This document shows positions 28,879 to 40,539 of a stretch of DNA of 64,000 nt, in pieces. Made by a program: the position numbers and the translations under genes. The stretch comes from the human T2T-CHM13v2.0 reference genome, Homo sapiens: the NCBI RefSeq assembly GCF_009914755.1, contig NC_060928.1, one strand, 5' to 3'. Every line of letters starts with the position of its first letter. The first letter of the stretch is position 1. The notes beneath the pieces were generated by a model that saw only the letters and a program-made list of their open reading frames with translations, searched no databases and was not told the DNA's origin.

Positions 28879-29569
28879 TTTTTTTTTATCATACTTTAAG
28901 TTCTAGGGTACATGTGCACAACATCCAGGTTTGTTACATATGTATACATGTGCTATGTTGGTGTGCTGCACCCATTAACTTGTCATTTACATTAGGCATA
29001 TCCCCTAATACTATCCCTCCCCCCTCCCCCCCACCCAATGTCAGGCCTTGGTGTGTGATGTTCCCCACCATGTGTCCAAGTGTTCTCGTTGTTCAATTCC
29101 CACCTGTGAGTGAGAACATGCGGTGTTTGGTTTTCTGTCCTTGGGACAGTATGCTCAGAATGATGGTTTACAGCTTCATCCATGTCCCTACAAAGGACAT
29201 GAACTCATCCTTTTATATGGCTGCATAGTATTCCATGATGTCTATGTGCCACATTTTCTTAATCCAGTCTATCATTGATGGGCATTTGGGTTGGTTCCAA
29301 GTCTTTGCTATTGTGAATAGTGCTGCAATAAACATACATGTGCATGTGTCTTTATAGCAGCATGATTTATAATGCTTTCGATATATACCCAGTAATGGGA
29401 TGGCAGGGTCAAATGGTGTTTCTAGTTCTAGATCCTTGAGGAATCGCCACACTGACTTCCACAATGGTTGAACTAGTTTACAGTCCCACCAACAGTGTAA
29501 AAGTGTTCCTATTTCTCCACATCCTCTCCAGCACCTGTTGTTTCCTGACTTTTTAATGATCGCCATTCC
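28879..29569 (-). mobile_element. 5'-truncated L1PA5/6-like insertion (ORF2 C-terminus plus 3'UTR)
   Basis: ORF 29213..29572 [27 protein letters not shown]... is the L1 ORF2p Cys-rich C-terminus; poly(T); TSD about AAAAAAATT. Confidence 0.95.
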
Positions 29570-29875
29570 CAAAAAAATTAAAGAGGAAATAACTCATCCA
29601 ATCTCATGAGATTAGCATTACCCTGATACCAAAGCCAGATAAGACACTACAAAAAATAATGAAAGGTCAATATTCTTGATTAACATAGTACAAATTTGCA
29701 ACAAAATACTAGCAAACCAAATTCAATGACACATTAAAGGAATCATAAATCATGATCAAGTAGTATTTATCCCTGGATACAAGGATGTTCATGGTTTAGC
29801 ACTTGCAAATTGATAATTCTGATACACCATATTAAGAAAATGAAAGACAAAATTATGTGATCACCTCAATGGATG

Positions 29876-30400
29876 TGAAGCAGAAGTTAATGAGAAGAAA
29901 AAGAAATTTTTCTCCTTTAGGTAGCTTCCCTCTCAAGCCCCCACCCCCTGCCCCGCCATGTGCTATTGTACCCTGTTTGGCAAGTTCTGTAAGTTTGCAA
30001 ATTCCTGTGTTCTATAGCTGGTTTCTGTAAGTTCCTGCTTCCCATTTGGGCAGTACAGTGAAGGACACAAGATAAGCTTGAGCAAGCCTAGATTACAGCC
30101 ACCTGGGCCACATAGCAGGAATCACATGACATGCTTAAGCAAGCCTGAGTTACAGGCCTGTCACTGTTTGATAAACTGCCTTGTTCTGCTTCTGTAGACC
30201 TGCTTTCATGCCACTGCCTTTTGTTCCACTGTAAGCTTGTTTCAAACTAGCCAACCCTCTTTCAGAAGTGTGTATAAAAGTCAAGCCCTGTCTTTGTTCA
30301 GGGCTCAGCCTTTGGATGTTAATCCACTAGTCCTGAGTGCACTCAATAAAATCCTCCTCTTCTACCTATTGGTCTCTCCAGTCTACTGATTTCTGCACCA
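29876..30400 (+). repeat. 5' LTR (525 bp); TATAAAA 30273-30279, AATAAA 30345-30350
   Basis: TGAAGCAGAAG...CACCA; roughly 90% identical by eye to 35180-35711. Confidence 0.95.
30127..30146. promoter_or_regulatory. Candidate p53 response element in 5' LTR (copy at 35437-35456 in 3' LTR)
   Basis: TGACATGCTT AAGCAAGCCT matches 2x RRRCWWGYYY at 19/20 with zero spacer. Confidence 0.55.
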
Positions 30401-30403
30401 TTT

Positions 30404-30422
30404 TGGCGAGCCAGCCAGCAGT
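30404..30422 (+). promoter_or_regulatory. Primer binding site complementary to tRNA-Arg(ACG)
   Basis: TGGCGAGCCAGCCAGCAGT vs expected TGGCGAGCCAGCCAGGAGT. Confidence 0.88.
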
Positions 30423-31183
30423 GGAAATATCAGGTTTGCTCTCTCCTTTGCCTGTGGGTCTGGGGCCTTGAGCTGGGGGAGACCCATGACCTTAGGTACC
30501 ATTGGAGGACTTTAACCCAGAGAAGGTATTGGCTCTCCTGTGACCTGGTGCCCCTCTCTGACAGCACAATGGAACCTAAGGGGTTATAGGATGATTCCAG
30601 GAACAGTGTGCTACAGGACCATGGTAAAGTTTGGGGCCCAAGTCAGGACCCATCCCATAAGGATGAATGGAGAGCCTCATCAACTCCCAGGGGTGTGCAC
30701 TGACTAGCCCAGCCTAGGATGCCAGAGTGGCTCACAGAGTCAGATGAAACCTGCCCCTGGGGGTGTGCTGAGTAGTCTGAACCAGGAAGTGAAGAGTGGC
30801 TCACAAAGTTGGATGAAACCTACACGCCACCCAGGAAAGAGGAACTAGGAGCGGGGAAGTGTGTGAATACATGTGAAAGAGGTGGTTCCAAAGGAAGCCA
30901 ACGTGGGGAGTGAAGTGTGTGGGGCTGCATATCTCTTAGCATGGATTGTACACTCCTAGCGAGGTGTGGGACTGACCAGGACTAGTGGCAAACTTCCTCC
31001 GGGACTACTGAATATGGCTTAAGGGGGTGCCCCACAATTCAGTACTTGTGGTGGTCTGGGTTCAGGACTTATAAGAATCCTCCAATGCCAAGTGGTGTCT
31101 GAGATACTCCTGCAAGGCGGACAGTCTAATTGGTCTGAAGTGAAAGTAAAAGAGTGAATGAGTTGTGCCATAATTGGGAAGAA

Positions 31184-31877
31184 ATGGGAGGGAAGCCGTT
31201 GAAACCACCCCATTGGAATGTATGTTAAAGAACTTTGAGAAAGGTTATGTGGGGGATTACGGGATCAAGTTGAACTCCAAGAGGTTAAGAACTCTCTGTG
31301 AAATAGAATGGCCCTCTTTTAATGTCAGAAGGCTGGCTGAAGAAACTATAGATAGGGAAACAATTGGCCATGTATTTAAGGTGGTGACTGGGGTTGGAGG
31401 ACAGCCAGGGCATCCAGACCAATTTCCTTATATTGACTCATGGCTAAATATAGTCTAAACCCAACCTGTGTCACTGCAGCCCTGCCTGGCAGCTTATTGC
31501 AAAACGTTCGTGGTTTAAGCTGAGTCTAAAGTGAAAGAAAAATCAGCTTTGCTGTCAGCTACAAAGACAAAGGGAAAGCCACAGGAAAAACCAGTTTTGC
31601 AGGAACTGTCAGAGGAGACAGAAATTCTTCCTCCATATGCCCCAATCTACCCCCTTTACCAAGGCCGGCTCCCAAGGAGTCAAACTCAGATGATAACCAA
31701 ACCCGGGCCTCGCCCCAAAAGGAAAAATCAAAGCCACTGCCCCAGGAGGTCAAGGAGGAAAGTCAGGATGATCAGGCCAGCTGCCTCTGGTCTGGCTACG
31801 CCCAGGCTGTGCAGATGCCTCTCCGGGAGACTCAGAGACCCCTTTATTATGATTAACATGGCCAGGTTCAAGAGGGG
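31184..31877 (+). pseudogene. gag: gag remnant (matrix plus PPxY-like late-domain region); CA/NC deleted
   Basis: TPLECMLKNF...LRTLCEIEWPSF...PGHPDQFPYIDSWL; ILPPYAPIYP; frameshifts and stops. Confidence 0.88.
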
Positions 31878-33998
31878 AGAAAAGGAACCCCTCCTCTGGG
31901 AGGTTGACCAGGAGAAGGTGTTTAAACAAATCAAAGAAGCCTTAGGACTCCCTGACATAACTAAGCATTCCTTTCTGTATGTCCATGAATGAAATGAATG
32001 ACTATAGGAGTCCTGACTCAAGTCATAGGATCATGGCATTGCCTGGTGGCATACTTATCCAAGCAACTGGACTCAATGGCACTAAGGTGGCCTCCTTGGC
32101 TTAGGGCACTAGCTGCCACTTTATCAAACTGACTCTGGGGCAGCAGCTGACCATCCAGGTACCACATTCAGTTACAACTTTAATGGATCAAAGAGGGCAC
32201 CATTGGTTATCAAATCCAAGGATGACTCAGTACCAGGGGCTCCTGTGTGAAAATCCCTGCCTAACTTTAGAAACAGTAAACACCCTTAACCTGGCTACCC
32301 TACTTCCGATCGAACCAGGAGTTCCCCTCCATGACTGCATAGAAACAGTAGATGAGATATTCTCAAGTCGGGGAGATCTTACAGACTAAACCCTCAGGGA
32401 CCCACATGTTGAGTACTTCACAGATGGGAGCAGTTTCATATTGGAAGAAGTCTGTCCGGCAGGTTATGCGGTGGTAACATTGGACTCAGTGGTAGAGGCT
32501 CAGCCTCTGCCCACTGGAACATCAGCCCAAAATGCAGAGCTAATAGCCCTAATAAAGGCTCTTTTGCTGGCAAAAGACAAAAAGGTCAATGTTTACACTA
32601 ATGTCAAATATGTCTTTGCCACATTGCATGTTCATGGAGCTATGTACCGAGAGAGGACTCTTAACTGCTGAGGGGAAAAGAAATAAAGTACAAAGAGAAA
32701 ATTTTACAGCTGTTAGACACTGTATGGGCCCCAAAGAAGGTAGCTGTAATGCACTGCAGAAGGCACGAAAAGGCTGGAACACTAGAGGCCAAAGGAAACA
32801 GAAAGGCAGACAAAGAGGCAAAACGGGCAGCAATGACTACTCCACCCTTTAAAAAGGAAGCCCTAACTATGCCTCTCCTCCCAGAGCCTCCCCTCTCAGA
32901 GATCCCAAGTTATTCTCCAAATAAGAAGGCCTGGTTTGCCCGAGAAATTGGAAAATACACTGAAAGCATGGTGGAAATTCTGACGGGAGACTAGCCATTT
33001 CTGAAATGGTGGCCCCTAAGTTTGTAAAAGAATTCCACCAAGGGACTCACATGGGAAAAATGGCACTAGAAATGCTACTGCGATGTCATTTCTGTCATTT
33101 CTATGTGCCATGACTCACTGCCATCACCCGAGGTGTTTGCAAACAATGTCTAATTTGTGCCCAAAACAACCCATGACAAGGGCCCACTCAGCCCCACAGA
33201 ATTCAGAAAATGGGAGCCTCACCCTGTGAAAACCTACTAATGAACTTCACCAAGCTGCTCCGAGCAGGGGGCTATCAGTACATGCTGGTACTCGTCTGCA
33301 TGGGAGGTAACTAAAGTACTGTTAAGAGACATTATCCCCAGATTTTGACTGCCCCTAACTCTTAAGTCAGGCAATGGACCGGCATTTGTAGCTGAAATAG
33401 TTCACGAACTGGCACAGCTATTAAAAATACGATGGAAATTACACACAGCCTACCAGCCACAAAACTCAAGCAAAGTAGAGCGCATGAACCGGACACTCAA
33501 ACAGCTACTAAAGAAATATTGCCAAGAGACCCATCTAAGATGGGATCAGGTCCTGCCTATGGTCCTCCTCCAAGTCAGGTGCACCCCCACCAAACAAACT
33601 GCATATTTGCCCTATGAAATCTTATTCAGTCGGCCACCCGGAATCAGAGGTCAACTTAAGGGTGATCTCCGCGAACTAGGGGAATTAACTTTAAGAAAGC
33701 AAATGCAGTCTTTAAGGATAGCCATGCAGGATGTCCATGGCTAGGCATGGAAAAGAATGCCCATAAGCCTGACAGACCCAGCACACCCCTTTAACCCTGG
33801 TGACTCTGTTTAGGTCAAAAAAATCAATTCAACCACTTTGGGACCCATGGGTCCCATACTGTAATCTTGTCCACTCCCACTGCTGTTAAGGTTGCAGAAA
33901 TTGTGCCTTGGATCCATCACAGTTAGCTGAAACTGGCAGCCCAAGACAGGTGGACCAGCCAGCAGGACCCAGACCATCCGTGCCAGCTGATCCTATGA
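31878..33998 (+). pseudogene. pol: pol remnant (RT connection, RNase H, partial integrase); protease and RT core deleted
   Basis: EKEPLLW...FKQIKEAL; YFTDGSS...AGYAVV...TSAQNAELIAL; HHCC-like region; MNRTLKQLL...PYEILFSRPP; many stops. Confidence 0.9.
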
Positions 33999-34016
33999 GG
34001 GGACCAAATTGCCATT

Positions 34017-34148
34017 TGAGACAACGACAGCCCTGCTCTGGTAACTCTGGAAGCTGACCAGTCTATGTACAGCTGAAGCTTGAGGAAACAACAGCCCTGC
34101 TCTAGTCACCCCGGAAGCTGACTAGTCTACACATGGCCAAAGCTTGAG
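34017..34148 (+). repeat. About 64-bp tandem duplication at the pol/env junction
   Basis: TGAG..AC..ACAGCCCTGCTCT.GT.AC...GGAAGCTGAC.AGTCTA...AAGCT x2. Confidence 0.85.
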
Positions 34149-34291
34149 TCATCATCAGGGAAGTAGATATGGTTAAAAATCTTAAGCCTAGTAGTTTTCT
34201 GTATAATGTTAATTGTTTCACTGTTGTTTTGTCACTTTGCTGAACCTTCTCCCCTGGGTAAAAACCTCTTTTGTCCTTGCTAGGTATAAAT

Positions 34292-34678
34292 ATGCTACTC
34301 TTTACTTTATTCTTACTCCCCTTGTCCATGTCAGGAGGAGGACCCATAAGAGGATGCCCCCACTGCACTCATACTGCACGGTCGGGGAGCACCATAACCA
34401 AGACCCTGATATATCATACTTATTATGAGTGTGCAGGGACCTGTCTGGGAACTTGTACACAAAACCAGACAACCTACTCAATCTGTGACCCAGGAAATGG
34501 CCAGTCTTATATATGTTATAACCCTAAGTCTCCACCTACTGAGTCCTGGTTTGAAGTACATACCAAGGAAGGGGATCTTCTAAACCAAACCAAAGTCTCT
34601 CCTTCCCACAAGGAAGTCGTATCCTTGTATTTCAGTGCTTGCCAGGCAGCATTCCTATGGTGGCCCATAATCTGCTAG
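34292..34678 (+). CDS. env: Stop-free truncated Env ORF: signal peptide plus SU N-terminus (128 aa), expression unproven
   Basis: ATG 34292 to TAG 34678; [14 protein letters not shown]...[19 protein letters not shown]...[11 protein letters not shown]...VVSLYF aligns with the ERV3-1 Env N-terminus. Confidence 0.4.
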   Translation: MLLFTLFLLPLSMSGGGPIRGCPHCTHTARSGSTITKTLIYHTYYECAGTCLGTCTQNQTTYSICDPGNGQSYICYNPKSPPTESWFEVHTKEGDLLNQTKVSPSHKEVVSLYFSACQAAFLWWPIIC

Positions 34679-35147
34679 CCCAGCAAGCCGCAAAAATGAG
34701 GAATGCTATTTATCAAAATAGATTAGCCTTAGACTACCTCCTAGCCCAGGAAGCGGGGGTATGCAGAAAGTTCAATCTAACTAATTGCTGCCTAGAGATT
34801 GATGACAATGGAAAGGTCATTGAAAATGTAACTGCAAAAATCCAAAAATTATCCCACGTTCCAGTCCAGACTTGGAAGAGATGGTCTCCAGATTCCCCCT
34901 TCGGGGCTGGTTTTCATCTCTTAGAGGATTTGAAACCTTAGTAGGAATAGTATTAACCATATTAGGAGTCTGCCTTATACTCCCTTGTCTCCTATCTCTC
35001 CTTGTTAAAAACATCCAATCAGCTATAGAGGCTCTTGTAGATAGACAAACTACCACTCAACTAATGACTCTAAGTAAATACCAACCTTTGCCAAATGAAA
35101 AACTACCTTTACATGAAGAATTAAATAATAGTGATGGTTTCTATTAA
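34666..35147 (+). pseudogene. env: env TM remnant (ISD, CX7CC, membrane anchor, cytoplasmic tail) with one frameshift near 34905
   Basis: [41 protein letters not shown]...TWKRW, then in a shifted frame GWFSS...[23 protein letters not shown]... Confidence 0.9.
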
Positions 35148-35179
35148 ACCTCATTTATAAAAAGCATCAAAGGGGGAAA

Positions 35180-35711
35180 TGAAGCAGAAGTTAAAAAGAA
35201 AGAAAAATTTTTTCTCCTTTAGGCAGCTTCCTCCTTGAGCCTACCCCATCCCCAACCTTGGCCCGCCATGTGCTATTGCACCCTGTTTGGCAAGTTCTGT
35301 AAGTTTGCAAATTCCTGTGTTCTGTAGCTGGTTTCTGTAAGTTCCTGCTTCCCATTAGGGCGGCACAGCAAAGGACAAGAGAAAAGCTTGAGCGAGCCTA
35401 GATTACAGCCACCTGGGCCACATAGCAGGAATCACATGACATGCTTAAGCAAGCCTGAATTACAGGCCTGTCACTGTTTGATAAACTGCCTTTGTTCTGC
35501 TTTTGTAGACCTGCTTTCACAGCACTGCCTTTCGCGCCACTGTAAGCTTGTTTCAAACTAGCTAACCCCCTTTCAGAAGTGTGTATAAAAGTCAAGCCCT
35601 GTCTTTATTCAGGGCTTAGCCTTTGGATGTTAATCCACTAGGCCTGAGCACACTCAACAAAATCCTCCTATTCTATCCATTGGTCTCTTCAGTCTCCTGA
35701 TTCCCACAACA
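35180..35711 (+). repeat. 3' LTR (532 bp) preceded by PPT AAAGGGGGAAA (35169-35179)
   Basis: TGAAGCAGAAG...CAACA; TATAAAA 35584; poly(A) signal mutated to AACAAA at 35656. Confidence 0.95.
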
Positions 35712-37028
35712 GATGTAGAAGAAATATTTTATAAAATGTAATTTTTATGACAAAAACTCTTAAATTAAGTATTGAAGAAATGTTCTTTAACATAATAAAA
35801 GTTATATATGACAAACTCACAACTAACATTATACTCAACATTGAAAATTTGAAAGCTCTTACTGTGAGATGAGTAACAGTACAAGGATGTCCCTTCTTAC
35901 CACTTCTATTTAACATTGTACTCAAAGTCCTAAACAAAGCAATTATACAATGGAAAAGAATAAAAACCATCCAACCTTACCACAAAACTGTTAGAACTAA
36001 TAAGTAAATTAAGTAAAATTGAAAGATTCTAAATCAATAAAAATCAGTAGCATTTCTATATGCTAACAATAGACTATCATAAAAAAATCAACAATCCCAT
36101 TTCCAATAGCACAAAAAACATTAAATATTAGGAATACATTTAACCAGAGATGAAATGTCTATACAATGAAACCTATAAAACATCAATAAGAGAAATTTAA
36201 GAAGACACAAATAAATGAAAAGCTATTCTCTATTCATGGATTTGATTAATATTTTTTAAATTTTCTTACTAACCAAGGCAATCTAAAGATTCAACGTAGT
36301 CCATATCAAATTTGCAGTGACACTTCCTAAAATGTATAAGAAACCACAAAAAACCTCGATAATCTAAAGTAATCTTGGATAAAAAGTACAAAGCTGGAGA
36401 CATTGTACTACCTGTTCCCAAAATATACTGCAAAGCTATAGTAATCAATACATCATGGTACTGGCATAAAAAAGACATAAACCAACAGAATAGTGAAGAG
36501 ATTTCAGAAATAAATCCATGCATTTACAGTTCATTGATATTTTACAAATGTGCCAAGGATACACAATGGAGGAAAGGGCAGGCTTTTTAATAGACAATTT
36601 TAGGAAAATTAGATATCTGTATGCAGAATATTGAATCTGGATCATTATCTTACATCATATATGAAAATCAACAGCAGATGAATTACATACAGACTTAAAG
36701 GTAAGACTTGAAACTGTAAAACTGCTAACAGAAAGCATAAGGAGAGCTGCTTGCTAGTAGTCTGGGCAATCATTTTTTGCATCTGACCCCAGAAGCAAAG
36801 GCAACAAAAACAAAAATAGACAAATAGGATTGCATCAAATTTAAAAGCTTTTGAATAGCCATGGTAATAATTAACAGAGTGAAGAGACAACCTACAGGCT
36901 AGGAGAAAATACTTGCAGAACTTGTAACTGATAAGCGGGTAATATCCAAGATATATAAAGATGTCAAACAATGCAATACAATAAAACAAATAACTAGATT
37001 AAAATATAGGCAAAGGACCTGAATAGAC

Positions 37029-37372
<344 letters not shown>

Positions 37373-37875
37373 TGAAAACATGCTCATCATGACAAATCAC
37401 TAGGGAATTGCAAATTGAAACCAAAATGAGGCATTTTTTATGACAAAAACTCTTAGGCTGTTAAAAAGGTAACATGGTGGTGAGGTTGCAGAGAAAAGGA
37501 ACTCTTTTATACTATTGTGGAGTGCAAATTAGTAGAGGCATTATGAAAAACAGCATGGAGATTCCTCAACAAATTAAAAGTAGAACTACTATATGATTCA
37601 GCAGTTTGACACCTTGGTATATGTTCAAAGAAAGTGAAATCAGTATGTTAAAGAGATATTTGTATTTCCACATTTATTTCAACATTACTCACAATAACCA
37701 AGATTTAGAGTCAACCTCAGTGTCTATTGATAGATAAATCTGGAGATATATACATACACACACACACACACATTATGTGGAATATGCATATGAGTGTGCA
37801 TACGTGTATGTGTACCACATATATGTTTATGTGTGGGTGATGGTTTACATCCACACAATAGAATATTGTTCAGCT

Positions 37876-38010
37876 GTTTATTATTTATTTTTTAGAAATG
37901 GGTTTTTACCACATTGCCCAGGCTGGTCTCAAACTCCTGGGCTCAAGCAATTCACCAGCCTTGGCCTCCCAAAGTGCTGCAATTACAGGAATGAGCCACT
38001 GTGTCTGGCC
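37876..38010 (-). mobile_element. FLAM_C / Alu left monomer
   Basis: Monomer only; TSD TGTTCAGC. Confidence 0.85.
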
Positions 38011-40019
38011 CTGTTCAGCCTTTGAAAGAAAAATAGAATATACTGAAAAGAAGGAAATTCTGTCCTTTGCAACAATGTAGATTAATCTGGAAGACATTTT
38101 AAGTGATAATAAACCAAAAACAGGGATCAAATACTGTATGACCTCACTTGCATGTGGAATCTAAAAGTCAAAATCATAGAACCAGACAGTACAGTGGTGA
38201 TTGCCAGGGTTGGGAATGGGAGTAATATTGGTAAAAGGCTACAGTTTCAGTAGACAGGATGAATAAATGTTGGGGATATATTAAAAAACATGTTGACTAT
38301 AGGTAATGATAATGTATATTTGAAAATTGCTGACAGGTTAGTTCTCAAGTGTCTTCACCACACGCAAAAAATATCTATGCGAGGTGACGAATGTTAATTA
38401 ATTTGATTATGGTATTTATTTTATAATGTATAGCTATATCAAGGCATCACGTGTACCCCACAGATAGGTACAATTTGTTGTACCTCAATAAATCTGATGA
38501 AAGAAATTGGATGTATAGTAAAAAATATAAATTATTCAAATGTAAATATATTTAATTTAGATACAAAATTAACACCATATTATTAAATTCTGATAGATGT
38601 ACATTTTAAAAATAATATAGCACTTAAACTTCATTTTGGGAATCATAAAATTATATGAATGACTTCCACTGCAATATTTTAAACCTCTTTCACATTCAAA
38701 GTAATATGCATGCTATGATTAACAAAAATGAACATATATTTACAGATACATAAATATACACAGCTAGTTCAAGTTGCAATTTTAGAAAATACATTTTGGA
38801 TAAATGCCTTAATATCTAAATGTGCTTCTAAATGCTTCAATTTCCAAAAGTTATTTACTTTTCATGACAAATTCATAAACCAGTTCCTGGTTTTCGACCT
38901 CATTGTGCAATGTACCTATCTTAACATGTTATAGCCACTTACCTCTGTTGGTTAAAACTATACCTCAAAAAACAAAAAACAAAATGTCTAGTATACATAA
39001 CTTATTAACTGATAAATAAAGCATTATTAGTATTATACGTTATTGTAATTAAAGTTGAAAAAACAGAAATGAAAATATATATTTTATTGCAACGGAAAGA
39101 AATCTCAGCACATAATCACTAAAAAATCATTACTATTTTATCACACATATTGATTATCTAAGTCAACATTTAGTAAAACATTAAATTTTATAAATAATCT
39201 CCAATGACTAAAATTTTTTCAATCACTTAAATATTTATTTGTATTAACCAAGTGTATTTTTTAAAAGTCATTCAGTATCAATGTATTTTACTATTGTTAT
39301 ATTTCCTCCTTATAATGGATCTATAACATTCTTTCAGTGATGCAACAATTTCTTTTAACTTTTACTATGAAATTTCTTTATGTTTCAAGTTATGTAATTC
39401 ATTTAGGCTAAAATAAAGTTAAGTCGAATGTAAAATTTATACTACATTTAAAGCATTGATAAGTGGCATTATTTATTTATGACATACTCAACGTGAAAGA
39501 GGATTGTTATCTCATATTCTGATGGTGAAGCACAGAGTATTAAAATTTAAATCTGTTTAGAGAGAAATAAAATATTTTTCATCTTATGGATGGGATTACT
39601 CAAGGAATAGTTCTTAAAACATTGTACATGAAAATATATCCATTTACTGAATTTGCCAGCTCTTCTTCTCAGGTAGGGCATTTAGCAGTTTTTAATCTTT
39701 ACATGTGACCATTTATGGAATTAATGAATTAAAATTATTATAGCACTTAAACTTACATCACATTTTTCCATATAGTTATCTCATTGACCTTATTTGATGT
39801 AATATAATAAACTTGTTCTTGACATAAGATTTCAGCCTTCATATGAGAAAATTAATTTTATGAGAAAATTAATTTTTTTCACTATCTCACCATTATAATG
39901 GTGGTGAAGGAGTTTCAGGAAACAAAACACAACAGCAGTCACTTTTGTGCTCATTGGAGATCATTACACAAAGTGTATTTATTAATAAATATTGTTTCAA
40001 TAACCAAATAAAATGTGTG

Positions 40020-40490
40020 GTCCATGTCATTGGCACTCTGCCCATTTCCTGTTCAGTATTTAATGTTTTTGTCCACACCAGACTAACTTCCAACTGCCAG
40101 CCTCTGTGACTTTCTCCCTGAGTATATTTTCTGCCGTCTGGAACCTGCTATGTCTACACCACATGTAAGTGCCAATGAACTGACATGTTCCTGGGAGCAG
40201 CTCTCAACCAGTGATTGATGGGAGTTGATGTGGATATACCCCAGATCCCTTGCCTCCAGGTGAGATCATTCTGAGCAGTGTGTACTAAATGGAGTCCCAT
40301 AGTTCCAAAGCAGGACTTATCTTCAGCTGCTCACCATGGTAACTTGCTTAATAAGGCACCCTGTATTGGCTTCTTTTCCTTTCCTGTCTCATTTCTCCTC
40401 TCCTGTACAAGTGTTTCTTGAGAACAATTTCCACAAGAATTTTATGCAAATCCTCATATTACAGTCTGCTCCTTGTGAAGCTCAAAATAA
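40020..40490 (+). mobile_element. LTR16-type ERVL LTR
   Basis: CTAACTTCCAACTGCCAGC...CCTGGGAGCAGCTCTCAACCAGTGATTGATGGGAGTTG...ATACCCCAG. Confidence 0.75.
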
Positions 40491-40539
40491 TGCAAGCAGT
40501 TGGACCAATAAAAATTATGTTTATACTTCTTTCAAATAG

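Larger units (their letters stand above)
29876..35711 (+). mobile_element. Internally deleted ERV3/HERV-R-group (class I) provirus
   Basis: Two LTRs, TSD GATG (29872-29875 and 35712-35715), tRNA-Arg PBS, PPT, gag/pol/env remnants; env strongly resembles ERV3-1. Confidence 0.93.

Noticed and set aside
29213-29572. 119-aa ORF
   Set aside because: C-terminus of L1 ORF2p in a 5'-truncated, promoterless copy.
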